Positions 47,476 through 57,787 of a stretch of 64,000 nucleotides of DNA are shown in pieces. The position numbers and the translations under genes are program-made. The notes beneath the pieces were generated by a model. That model ran no database searches. It was given only the letters and a program-made list of their open reading frames with translations, and was not told the DNA's origin. Source of the stretch: an uncultured Planctomycetota bacterium (lineage in GTDB: Bacteria > Planctomycetota > Planctomycetia > Isosphaerales > Isosphaeraceae); contig CAWGMQ010000005.1 in NCBI GenBank assembly GCA_963823665.1, forward strand, positions 1,728,001 through 1,792,000, in the 5' to 3' direction. Positions within the stretch are counted from its first letter, which is position 1, and each line of letters begins with the position of its first letter.

Positions 47476-50400
47476 AGCCCTTTGCAACCCGGGCGATCGC
47501 TCGCTTGAGTGTCGCCTCGACTTCCGACCAGAACGCCCGCAGCGCCGTTCGCTCGGCGTCGGAAAGTCGCTCGAGGGCGTCGGTGTCACGGATGCCGGCA
47601 AGGTCCGGATCCGTCTTCCAGTGTTGAAGAGTTCGGATTACGGCAGCCATGGACTGCGGCGAACCGCCCTCGGCCGTTGTGCTCCAGTAACCTCGGTCTG
47701 CCCTGAGCCAATCGAGCGCCTGCTGGCGAAGCTTGCCTTGGGCCTCCGCGCTAGGCGGCGGATCTTCCTTACTCTTACTCGCGCCCGCCAGGGCCGCGGA
47801 GCATGCAGCGGTGTACCGGTTCTGGGCGGTCATGTCGTCGGCAAGTTTGGCCTCCGCTTGGAACGCTTCGGTCCAGAAGCGAGCCGCAGTTGCATGCAAC
47901 TGCTTGTCGTAACAAAACTGGGCGATTGCGACTCGCTCGGCAGCATTGGCCGGCTTGGCCTCGCCGCGGAGGATTGCGGGCAGCTTTTTTTCGATCGCAA
48001 CCATCTGCTCACAGTCGCGGACCCACGCCTCAGAGGGATAAGGCCAGCCGGGCCGCTTCGAGCCGAATTCGTGGCCGACGCGATATTCTGCGAGTGCCTC
48101 GACGTACAGACCCTTTTCACGCAGAAGCTGCCCAAGGTTGCAGTGCGCTTCGGCGTGACCGCGATCGAGCTCGGTGGCCTTGCGATAAGCCGCGATCGCG
48201 TCGTCCGGCTTTCCCAGGGAACTAACGGCATTGCCTAAGTGATAGTGGTACTGTGCCGAATTGGGGTGGAGCCTGATCGCCTCACGAAACTCGGCGGCGG
48301 CACCGCTGTAGTCGCCCGCTTGATTGAACAGAAGCGTGCCGAGATTGGAGTGAAACGCCGCGTTATCGGGTTCAAGCCGTGTCGCCATTCGGCATTCTTC
48401 GACTCCTTGGGCCAGCATACCTTGCGAAGCGAGCATCAAGCCGAGACTGGAGTGGGCCCACGCCGAGTCTGGCTTGAGCCGAACAGCGTCACGAATGGTG
48501 GCGACTGCCTCTGCCATCCTTCCCTCGTCCTTGAGGGCAACGGCCAGTCGGGTAAGCGACTGGACGTCGCGCTTGATTCGGATCGACTCTCGCAGCGCTC
48601 CCTCAGCCTCCCGGAGCTTTCCCAGCTTCACCAGCAGTTCGCCGAGTCGGCCATGCGAGTCCGCATCGTCAGGCTTGAGCCTTGTCGCCTCGCGAAACTC
48701 GGTGGTGGCCTCATCGAATTTACCCTGATTACTGAGTGCGATGCCGAGGTTGTGGTGTGTACCGGCGTCGGTCGGCTCGAGCCGGATCGCTAAGCGGAAC
48801 TCCGCGGTTGCCCCCGCATAGTCTTGTTTCCCGTCACACAACAGCGAGCCCAAGCTGTTGTGGGCGCCGGGGAACCACGGGTTGAGCCGGATTGCTTCCC
48901 GGAGCTCGGCGGCTGCTTCATCAAGCTTCCCAAGGCGGAACAATGCGTTCCCAAGATCGGCGTGGGCCACGGCGACTTTCGGCGCTAGCCGTGTCGCCTC
49001 GCGGAACTCCGCGCTGGCGCCTTGATAGTCATTTACGGGATCAAACAGCACCTTGCCGAGCGCAACGTGCGGCGAGTCGTCGTCGGGCGCAAGGCGAATG
49101 GCCTCACGAAAGGAGGCCATCGATAGCTCATATTCTCCTTTCTGTTCCAAGGCGATGCCGAGATTGACGCGCACGATAGACTCTTTGGGATCGAGGCGGA
49201 TCGCCTCTCGGTATGCCGCGATCGCCTCGTCGAGCTTCCGACGCGCAACAAGCGCCAGGCCCAAGCTGTTGTGTGCGCTGGCATCACCGGGCTTGAGGCG
49301 AACCACCTCGCGAAGTTCGGCGATCGCTGCAGATTTATTCCCAAGGTTTGCGAGAGCAGATCCTAGATATTGATGAGCCTCCGCGTTGTCCGGCTTGAGG
49401 CGAATCGCGTCACGAAATAACGCGATTCCTTCGTTCCGGTTGCCCTGCTTCATGAGAGCGCTGCCAAGGCCGAGATAGGCTCGAATGTGGTCTGGCGCAC
49501 GCCGGATCGCATCACGAAACTGGGCGATCGCCTCGTCCAGCCTCCCGCGTGCAGCCAGAGCGTTCCCAAGCTCTGTACGATCGGACGCATCCCAGGGGTC
49601 CAGCCGAACCGCCTCACCGTATTCAGCGATCGCCTCATCTGTTTTCCCCTGTTCCAGCAACGTGCGGGCAAGTACGGTGTGCGCACTCGGATAAGTCGGC
49701 AAGAGCCGGATCGACTCGCGACACGCGAAGGCCGCCTCTTCTAGCTTGTGTCTGCTTCGCAGGGCGCTGCCCAGGTTGCTGTATAATACAATCGAGCTCG
49801 ACCGATGCTTGATCCCTTCACGGTATTCAGCGATCGCCTCATCGTACTGTCCCTTTGAGCTGAAGGCCCTCCCCAGGTCGTTGCGTGCCCCGTCGGAACT
49901 TGGGTCTTGTCGCACTTTGTCGCGCAAGAGCTCGATCGCGCGATCCAGGACAGCGTCGGCCTCTTTGGTGCGGCCTTCTTCCTTGAGCACCTGTCCCAGG
50001 CAGACGAGGTAGGTGCCGCTTGAGGGCCTCAACCGTACCAGGTCCTCAAACACGCCAATCGCCCCCTTCGCCTCGCCTTTGGCGTCCAGATAATGCGCCA
50101 GCATGTGGCCGGTTTCCGGCCGGATGGAGCGAGCGGCTACGTAGTAGCGAATCCCCTCATCACGCCTTCCGATCCGCATCAAGCATCTTGCAAGTTCGTA
50201 GTTGATCCAGACGTCGCGCGGATAACGGTGCTGTGCATCTCGCAGGACCTTTTCGCCCAATTCCCGATCACCAAGACCCACGAGCGCCGTTCCCAGGAGC
50301 TCCAGGCTCACCGGGGGAAGTTCGTCGCCTTTGCTCGCACTTGCGAGATCTCTCAGCGTTCGAAGACGCGAGTCCGCTTTCGGTGAGTAAAGTGCAGCGC

Positions 50401-52285
50401 GGAGACGGTTGCGCCACGAGTCGGGATCGCCGATCCGGGCGATCTCGACGAGCCGCAAACTTCCCGATTGGTCATTCCGCTCGCTCCAGCGCGCTCGGGC
50501 CCAGTCATCGAGCGCCGCGGCCATCGCCGCAGTTACCGACGCGGGTCGGGCCTTGATCCTCGCCCCCGCCTCTTCCGGCGAAAGCGCCGCGATGTCGATT
50601 CCCGCTTCGCGGAAAGCGAATCCATACGCCGCGTCGGTGTTCGTACCGTCGGGATCGTCTTCCCTCGACGAGCGAATATCCACCAGTTTGTCGAGCAGCT
50701 TCCGGTCGTTCTCCGCAGCGGTCGCTGCCGCCGTCACGTCGCGGGCAAGCTTCCGCACCTTCTCTCGCGTGGCATTGTTTCGAGCATCTGCCGCCAGTCG
50801 CTCGACCGCATGCGCCGCCTCCCGGGCCTGCAACCAGCGAGACGCATCGTCACCCGCCCGCTCGGCCTCGGCCCGCAAGAGGTCCGCCTCGCGAAGTGCC
50901 AGATCGACGCGCTCGGCGCCAAGCCGGCGGTGCCGCTCATTCCAGAGCCAGCCCCCTCCGCCGACGACGATTATTCCGATGATCGAGGCCGCGAGCGCCG
51001 CAGTGAGCTTCCGCCGCTTGCGCTCCTCCACGGCGCGTGCACTGGCCTCCACACGGGCGAGTTCGGCTTGCCGCAGCCGCCCCAGCGCGCTTGCCTGGTA
51101 TTCAGCCATCGAATCAGCGACTTCGCGCGCGCTCCGTGGCCGATCTTCAAGCTCAGGCGCGAGGCAATACTTCGCGAGCGCGATCAACTCAGCCTCGGCG
51201 CCGGATTGGTCGAGCCGGGCAAATGCCTCGGCCACCTCGCCGCGACTCGACTTGCGCATGACTTCACCCGTCGACCTCCCGGTAAACGCTGGCTGACCTG
51301 TCAGCATCTGACACAGCATTGATCCCAATCCGAAAACATCGGCGCGTTCGCCGACGCGGTCGAGCTCGCCCCGCGCTTGCTCGGGCGCCATGTATGCCGG
51401 CGTCCCAAGCACGCTGCCGAATTCAGAAGCGTCCACGTCCGAGCCCGACCCGCTCCGAGCCGTTTGGATGACACTCACCTCGGGTCGAGGCGGTTCAGCC
51501 TCCCCAGGACCCGCCCCGCCGCGTGGCAAAACCTTGGCCAGCCCCCAGTCCATGACCTGCACCTCGCCGAACTTGCCGACCATGATGTTCGAGGGCTTCA
51601 AGTCGCGGTGAATCACGCCGCGCGTGTGGGCGTAGGCCATCGTCTGACACACCTGCTCGAAGATCGCCAGGAACCGGGAAAGGCCGTCGGCCGTGTTCTT
51701 CCGCATCTGGAGCTGCGAGGAAAGTGTCTGGCCTTTGAGCAGCTTCATCGTGAAAAACGGCCGGCGGTCAGCGAAGGTCCCCACGTCGTAGATCGGAACC
51801 ACTCCGGGATGCTGAAGCTGTCCCCCGATCTGCGCTTCTTCGACGAACCGGCGGATCAGGTCGGGTTTGTCGCGGTGCGATTCGAGCAGCACCTTGACGG
51901 CAAGGTCACGCCCCAGCTCGGTATCCCGACCGCGGAGCACGGCCCCCATGCCCCCCCGAGCAATCTCCCCAAGGAACTGGTAGCGGCCCAACCGATCCAG
52001 GGCGCCGGGCATTTCGGTCGACCCTAACTTCACCACCGGCGACGGTTCCTCGTCCACGTCCGTGTCGCGCAGCAGGATTCGTCGAGCTCCGCCTATCGAA
52101 TCGGCCAGCGCGGTGAACACACTGCTCCGAGCCCGTTCGACGGAAATGCTCACCTCGGGTGAATACGGTACCTGCCCCTCGGTGGTCATGGCGTTTTGAG
52201 GTTGGCAGCGCACGCAGGTACAATCGGGGTCATTCACCGCCAGAGGCGCTCCGCAAGACGCGCAACGTCGAGGTTCGTCTGCCAT
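47474..52285 (-). CDS. Hanks-type Ser/Thr protein kinase with TM segment and a long TPR array
   Basis: N-terminal CASC..CVRC, IARGGMG, AVK, HRDLKPSN, DWGLAK, GTPAYMAPEQ; TM helix; more than a dozen TPR units. Confidence 0.93.
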   Translation of the reverse strand: MADEPRRCASCGAPLAVNDPDCTCVRCQPQNAMTTEGQVPYSPEVSISVERARSSVFTALADSIGGARRILLRDTDVDEEPSPVVKLGSTEMPGALDRLGRYQFLGEIARGGMGAVLRGRDTELGRDLAVKVLLESHRDKPDLIRRFVEEAQIGGQLQHPGVVPIYDVGTFADRRPFFTMKLLKGQTLSSQLQMRKNTADGLSRFLAIFEQVCQTMAYAHTRGVIHRDLKPSNIMVGKFGEVQVMDWGLAKVLPRGGAGPGEAEPPRPEVSVIQTARSGSGSDVDASEFGSVLGTPAYMAPEQARGELDRVGERADVFGLGSMLCQMLTGQPAFTGRSTGEVMRKSSRGEVAEAFARLDQSGAEAELIALAKYCLAPELEDRPRSAREVADSMAEYQASALGRLRQAELARVEASARAVEERKRRKLTAALAASIIGIIVVGGGGWLWNERHRRLGAERVDLALREADLLRAEAERAGDDASRWLQAREAAHAVERLAADARNNATREKVRKLARDVTAAATAAENDRKLLDKLVDIRSSREDDPDGTNTDAAYGFAFREAGIDIAALSPEEAGARIKARPASVTAAMAAALDDWARARWSERNDQSGSLRLVEIARIGDPDSWRNRLRAALYSPKADSRLRTLRDLASASKGDELPPVSLELLGTALVGLGDRELGEKVLRDAQHRYPRDVWINYELARCLMRIGRRDEGIRYYVAARSIRPETGHMLAHYLDAKGEAKGAIGVFEDLVRLRPSSGTYLVCLGQVLKEEGRTKEADAVLDRAIELLRDKVRQDPSSDGARNDLGRAFSSKGQYDEAIAEYREGIKHRSSSIVLYSNLGSALRSRHKLEEAAFACRESIRLLPTYPSAHTVLARTLLEQGKTDEAIAEYGEAVRLDPWDASDRTELGNALAARGRLDEAIAQFRDAIRRAPDHIRAYLGLGSALMKQGNRNEGIALFRDAIRLKPDNAEAHQYLGSALANLGNKSAAIAELREVVRLKPGDASAHNSLGLALVARRKLDEAIAAYREAIRLDPKESIVRVNLGIALEQKGEYELSMASFREAIRLAPDDDSPHVALGKVLFDPVNDYQGASAEFREATRLAPKVAVAHADLGNALFRLGKLDEAAAELREAIRLNPWFPGAHNSLGSLLCDGKQDYAGATAEFRLAIRLEPTDAGTHHNLGIALSNQGKFDEATTEFREATRLKPDDADSHGRLGELLVKLGKLREAEGALRESIRIKRDVQSLTRLAVALKDEGRMAEAVATIRDAVRLKPDSAWAHSSLGLMLASQGMLAQGVEECRMATRLEPDNAAFHSNLGTLLFNQAGDYSGAAAEFREAIRLHPNSAQYHYHLGNAVSSLGKPDDAIAAYRKATELDRGHAEAHCNLGQLLREKGLYVEALAEYRVGHEFGSKRPGWPYPSEAWVRDCEQMVAIEKKLPAILRGEAKPANAAERVAIAQFCYDKQLHATAARFWTEAFQAEAKLADDMTAQNRYTAACSAALAGASKSKEDPPPSAEAQGKLRQQALDWLRADRGYWSTTAEGGSPQSMAAVIRTLQHWKTDPDLAGIRDTDALERLSDAERTALRAFWSEVEATLKRAIARVAKG

Positions 52286-52661
52286 GGCGCGTGTCTCCGC
52301 ATCGGGAATCAATCGTGCGATCGGCGTTTTGGCTTGCTAGCGGCGCGACGGCCGGGAAGATCAGGTTGGCGGCCTGCGTACGGAATCATCGTCACCAGCC
52401 GGTCGCCAGTAGCGTGAACTCTAACTTCCCAGCTTCGGCCGAGCCACGCCAGCCCCTACTCCGCCGCGATGAACTGCTCCATGAGCCTTCGGCCGCGCCT
52501 CATACTTAACCCTCTTCATGTTCTTCATCTATATCTTGGTCTTACTCTCGCCCGAGTCTTTCCACCATTAGCAAAGCTTTCGCGCGTGTATTAGATTAAC
52601 CAAACCGAATGAGAGCCTTTTTCCCTGTCACGCTCGAGAACACTCACGAAGGAGCGATCCC

Positions 52662-53237
52662 ATGTCCCTCACACCGTCCACAATGCTTCCCCTCGGAACC
52701 GCGGCCCCTGATTTCGAGCTCCCCGATACCGATGGCCGCACCGTCTCGCTCGCCGATTTCAAGAACGCGCCCGCCCTGATTGTGATCTTTCTCTGTAATC
52801 ACTGTCCTTACGTCAAGCACGTCCGTGCCGAGCTGGCCCGACTGTGCAAGGAGTATCAGGCGCGGGGTGTGGGCGTTGTCGGGATCAGCTCCAATGACGT
52901 GACGACTCACCCTGACGACAGTCCGGCCATGATGGCCAGGGAGAAGACCCAGGTTGGCTACACGTTTCCCTATCTGTACGACGAGTCTCAGGCCGTTGCT
53001 CAGGCGTACCAGGCCGCTTGCACGCCTGATTTCTTCGTGTTCGACAAGTCGCGGAAGCTGGTTTACCGTGACCAGATGGATGGCAGCCGGCCGGGGAATT
53101 CAATTCCGGTCACTGGAAAAGATCTCCGAGCGGCCCTGGATGCCGTGCTCGTGGGCAAGACACCGGCCGATGACCAGCGCGCGAGCATGGGCTGCAATAT
53201 CAAGTGGAAACGTGGGAACGAGCCGAGTTATTCCTGA
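52662..53237 (+). CDS. Thioredoxin-fold AhpC/TSA-family protein
   Basis: APDFELPD, CNHCPYV, ISSND, FPYLYDESQ, ACTPDFF, SMGCNIKW; GGAG RBS. Confidence 0.92.
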   Translation: MSLTPSTMLPLGTAAPDFELPDTDGRTVSLADFKNAPALIVIFLCNHCPYVKHVRAELARLCKEYQARGVGVVGISSNDVTTHPDDSPAMMAREKTQVGYTFPYLYDESQAVAQAYQAACTPDFFVFDKSRKLVYRDQMDGSRPGNSIPVTGKDLRAALDAVLVGKTPADDQRASMGCNIKWKRGNEPSYS

Positions 53238-53268
53238 ACGGCGGGCGGCGTTTTGGCGGCGTGGAATC

Positions 53269-55519
53269 TCAGTTTGATGTGGTCGCGGCGGCGGGAGCAG
53301 CGTTGAGCTCGCGCGTCACTTTTGCGTGCTGCTCCTCGACGGCCCGGGTCGTCGGATGATCGGCGCCCAGGAGCACCTGGGCTTCGCGGGCGGCTTGACC
53401 GTAATGGCGTTCGGCCTGGAGCAGATCGCCCTTGTCGCGGTAGACGTCGGCTTGATTCGTGAGCGCGACGATGTAGTCAGGGTGATTGCTGCCGAGCGAG
53501 CACTGGATGCTGTGGGCATAGGCGTAGGCAAACTGTTCGGCATCGGCAAACTGCTTGACGTCGCGCAGGACCCGGCTCAACAGGTACACGGACCGCAGCG
53601 TGTCAGGGTGTTCGGGCTTGAGCACACGGCGGCGGTCGTCGACGTTCTGCCGAAGCACGGCTGCGGCCTGGTCGTTCTTGCCCAGATGCCAGAGGATCAT
53701 TCCAAGCCGCTCGGCAGCTTCCATTGTGATTGGATCGGAGGCGCCCAAATTCGCGCGAGCCGTCTGGAGATTAGCCCGCGCGAGGGTCTCGGCCTGTGGG
53801 CCGCGTTGCGTGTGATCGAGCAGCAAGGCCATCAGGTTGCCGGCGCGAAGTGTGTCACGATGACGTGGACCGTAGAGCCGCTCATCGAGGCGAAGCGCGA
53901 TTTCCAAGTGCTCGGCGGCCTGACGGTTCTCGCCCAGGGAGAGGTATACACTGCCGATCGTCTCGCGGACTCGGGCCTCCACCTCGGGCTGATCCTGGAG
54001 CCAACCGTGGAGTTGTGCCGCGGTGCGATCGATCATGGTGCGCACCGTCAGCTTGGTGTCTCGGGGATCGAGATCATGCGACGCCCCGGCCAGCAGGCGC
54101 CGGGTCAGAAGCTCGTTTACGAGCCTCGGCCTGATTGCGCTGGCGATCGGCTTCTCGCCATTTCCAGGTGATGCCAGCCATACCGCTTGAGAGAGCCAGC
54201 AGCAAGAGCGCCGCCATGGCCGCGAGGGCAGGGTTACGCCGGCACCAAAAGATGAAGCGAGTCACCGCGCTGGCCGGCCGCGCGAGGATCGGCAAGCCGC
54301 TCAGCCAACGATCGAGATCTTCGGCCAATGCCTGCGCACTTTGATATCGCCTGTGCGGCTCCTTTTCGAGGCACTTGAGGCAGATGGTCTCGAGGTCTCG
54401 CGGCACTCGCGGGTTGAGTAGTCTGGGAGGCTCAGGCGTCTGGTTGCGCACCATCTCGAGCGTGTCGATCAGGGTTGTGCCGGCAAACGGTGCCCGGCCG
54501 GCAAGAAGTGCGTAGAGAATCGTGCCCAGGCCGTAGACGTCGGTCGACGTCGAGATTGCGCCTCGGGAACCGCTGGCCTGTTCCGGCGACATGTACGAGG
54601 GCGTGCCGAGAATGGCACCCGATTGGGTCGCGTCGGGGCTGCCATCGAGTCGCTTGGCCAGTCCGAAGTCTGTCACGTGCGGCTCGCCATCTTCGTCCAC
54701 CAGCACGTTCGCGGGTTTCAGGTCACGGTGAAGGATGCCTCGTTGATGGGCGTGGTGCACGGCCTGTGCCACCGTGGCGACGAGACGGGCCGATGCGCGA
54801 GGGTCACGGGCGAATTCCTCGAGCCGCCGGTCGAGGCTGGTGCCGTTTACCAGCTTCATGCTGAAAAAGTGCTGCCCGCGGCATTTGCCGACCTCATAGA
54901 TCGGCACGATGTTCGGGTGATCGAGCTGGGCAACCGCTTCCGCCTCGCTCTGGAATCGAATCAGCTCGGCTTCCGATGCAAAGGCACCCGATTTGACGAC
55001 CTTCAGGGCAACGGTGCGGTTGAGCGCGGCCTGGCGGGCTTTCAAGACCACCCCCATGCCACCACGCCCGAGCTCGCCCAGGACTTCGAAGCCGGCTGCG
55101 CCGAAGTCCTGAGGCTCGTGAAGGGAGAATCCGAGTTGATCAGTGCCTGGCGTGCCAGGAATCGCGGATGATCCGATGGTCGGAGAGCGAGACGCATTTT
55201 TGCCCTCGCCGAGAATGTTTGTCGACTGGGAAGGCAATGACGCGAGCGCGTTCGCCGCAGGCGCGGCAAACTCGGGAAACCGTTCACAGTACGAGCGAGT
55301 TTCGGGCTGCTCGCCAAGCCGGCGGCGATATTCGAGATCAAGGCTCAAAAGATCGCGAAACAACTGGGCTCGAGCATTGACCGGTACATCGGCGAGAAAC
55401 TCGGCGATATCCGGGCGCTGGCCGCTGCGCCAAGCCTTCTCAAAGCGGTCGCAAGCGGCATCGATTTCATGAAGGTCAGCCAGCGCCGGCCGACCGCGAC
55501 GCGTCTCCAATTGATTCAT
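53269..55519 (-). CDS. Ser/Thr protein kinase with TM helix and C-terminal TPR repeats; frameshift at about 54122
   Basis: IDAACDRFEKAW N-domain, LGRGGMG, HRDLKPAN, DFGLAK, GTPSYMSPEQ; removing one base gives ..AEAVNELLTRRLL..TKLTVRTMID.. joining TPR ORF 53269-54045. Confidence 0.88.
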
Positions 55520-56121
55520 CCCGACGTTCCCTCCTCCCAGATCACACGAATGAGCCGAAGTTTGCGTTCGACGGTCCTGGTCGACGCCCCGATCTCTGTT
55601 GCAATCTCCTCGACGCTGTAGCCTTCGAGCTTTCGCAGGGCGACCTTTTGGAGCGCTTGATCCTTCAATTGGTCGAGACGTCGTTCGACATCATCGGCGA
55701 ACTGAACCGCGTCCTCAGGCCTTGGCCCGTCCTCGAGCACTTCAGCAAGGCCAGCGGCTGTGCGATCGCCTCCTTCGAGCGCCGATTCGCCCATCACTCG
55801 GCCACTTCCTCGCTTGCGACGGGTCTGGTGCCGTATCGTGACAACCGCCTTCCGCAGGGTGAGGGTCAGAAGCAGCCGCCAGAGATCATTTCGATCACTC
55901 AGCTTGGGGAACTGTCCGCCCGCAGCGCGCTGGCAAAAACTCTGAAACGCGCTGATTGCCACGTCTTCCTCGTCATAGGCCCGACGGCAATGGCCAGGGA
56001 GCTTGCCGCGAGCGAGACGCACGAGACGCTCGAAGTAACGATGCCAAAGCCGCTCGATGGAGGCTTCGTCGCCGGCCTTGATGCCATCGAGCCACCGCGA
56101 GACTGAATGCTCGTTCGTCAT
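55516..56121 (-). CDS. ECF sigma factor, kinase-associated planctomycete type
   Basis: SVSRWLDGIKAGD, LWHRYFERL, DEEDVAISAF, DRNDLWRLL, KLEGYSVEEIA..RTVERKL; ATGA overlap with the kinase. Confidence 0.9.
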   Translation of the reverse strand: MTNEHSVSRWLDGIKAGDEASIERLWHRYFERLVRLARGKLPGHCRRAYDEEDVAISAFQSFCQRAAGGQFPKLSDRNDLWRLLLTLTLRKAVVTIRHQTRRKRGSGRVMGESALEGGDRTAAGLAEVLEDGPRPEDAVQFADDVERRLDQLKDQALQKVALRKLEGYSVEEIATEIGASTRTVERKLRLIRVIWEEGTSG

Positions 56122-56220
56122 CCCGGAGCTCCCACTTACTAGACGGCGCAAACCTCACTCAGGAACGGGTCGGAAACAACTTCCGCCGATTTACGTCAAG
56201 CGCGCCGCGGAGCGAGATAC

Positions 56221-56245
56221 CGTTCCGACGCGGAGCGTCGGAACG
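56221..56245. repeat. REP-like palindrome
   Basis: Perfect 11-bp stem CGTTCCGACGC-GGA-GCGTCGGAACG, preceded by a degenerate partial copy (CGCCGCGGAGCG). Confidence 0.65.
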
Positions 56246-56454
56246 AGGAACTTCTGCCCACTTCCGTGTGGCCGGGCGTGCGGACACCCATGGGTTAGAT
56301 TGCCGAATGGGAACGATTTCGGCCACGCAATCACAGCAAACAAAAACTTGCTGCGTGTCGGGTCATGTTCGCAGCCGGCTATTTCTACCCAGAGTCGTTG
56401 AATTATTTGTCAGCCACGGGCGGTCTTTGGCAATACCATTCTGGAGGTGTTGCC

Positions 56455-57478
56455 ATGCGACATTCGCGACGTGGTTTTACCCTGATCGAGCTTCTGGTGG
56501 TGATCGCGATCATTTCGATCTTGCTGGCTCTCTTGCTTCCGGCCGTGCAGTCCGCACGGGAGGCAGCCCGCCGCATGCAGTGCACCAACAATATGAAGCA
56601 AATCGGGCTGGCGATCCACAACTACCATTCCACTTTCGAGAGCTTGCCGCCGGTCGGAAGTGTCGATCTGAACGGTAATTCGACGGGGAGCGGGCGGGTT
56701 CCCCAGACAGCCTCGGTGCACCTACGCTTGACGAACTACCTCGAGCAGCGGGCTCTCTACGACGCGTACAATTTCATGCTGCCCGATGTGACGAATGGCA
56801 GTTCAGTTCCCGCCAACACGACCGTGATGGCGAATCTGGTGCCCGGTTATCTTTGCCCGTCGGACGGCAACCCCGGCAGCTCCGAGAATCTTGCCGTCGG
56901 CTACGGTGCCCGGGTTACCTGCGTGAATTACGCAATTAACGGCGGTGTGAACCGGCAGAATTCGGGTGGCATGGTGAGCGGTGTTGCCTGGTGGCTTGGT
57001 GGCAACGCGTTTTATGGAAACCGTGTTCGGCTGGCCAGCATCACCGACGGCACGAGCAACACGGCTGCGTTCAGCGAGTGGATCAAGGGAGATTCCGGTC
57101 AGAATTCGCCGGGGCTCAATCTGGTTTACTCGATTGCGCAGTATGCCAACGGCGGGCCGCTGAACGACTACAATCTCTGCAAAGCCTCGACGGCGCCGTT
57201 GTGGGATTTCAAGGGCGAGTACTGGACGCTTCAGGACACGGGCCGGGGCGGACCTTACTATCACGTCATGCCGCCTAATCAAACAGCATGTGCGATGTCG
57301 TCAGCGTTCGGGAACGTCGATTCGTTCATCGGGCCCAGCTCGTTTCATCCCGGCGGTGTGAATCTGCTGCTGATGGATGGCTCGGTGCGATTTGTCAAAT
57401 CGGGGGTTTCCCTCGACCCATGGAACGGCGCTGGGTACGCGGGCGGGTGGGGAAGTCTTGGGCGCCGACTCTCTGTGA
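56455..57478 (+). CDS. DUF1559 prepilin-type N-terminal cleavage/methylation protein (H-X9-DG); frameshift near the C-terminus (about 57427)
   Basis: [66 protein letters not shown]; canonical ending [16 protein letters not shown] is in a shifted frame ending at 57478. Confidence 0.9.
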
Positions 57479-57703
57479 CAAGAACGATTCCCTCAAGGCG
57501 ACCGGCGGTGTCGCCCCTGATCGAGCCCGGATCCACGACTTGATCAGGTTGAGATTCCCGCGGCGGGAGCGCGACGACGCTGATTGAAAGTCTGGGCCTC
57601 TTTCGATTGCGTCAAAGGAACTCTGAGACCAAGAATTTGACGGTTGACCGACGAGCTACCTGTACAAAGATTCACATAAGTCGCCTCTGCCCAGGCGTTA
57701 CGG

Positions 57704-57760
57704 TATAATCAATGCGTCGTCCAGCGTGGGTCTGAGCTCCGCCCGGTAGGCTGCTGGACG
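57704..57760 (+). promoter_or_regulatory. Putative sigma70 -10 box followed by a leader hairpin
   Basis: Perfect TATAAT at 57704-09; 8-bp stem CGTCCAGC(57718-25)/GCTGGACG(57753-60); no clear -35. Confidence 0.4.
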
Positions 57761-57787
57761 GCTCATCCTACCCACGATCGGGCCCAG

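Noticed and set aside
48200..49900. DNA-level repeats in the large kinase gene
   Set aside because: Explained by tandem TPR coding units.
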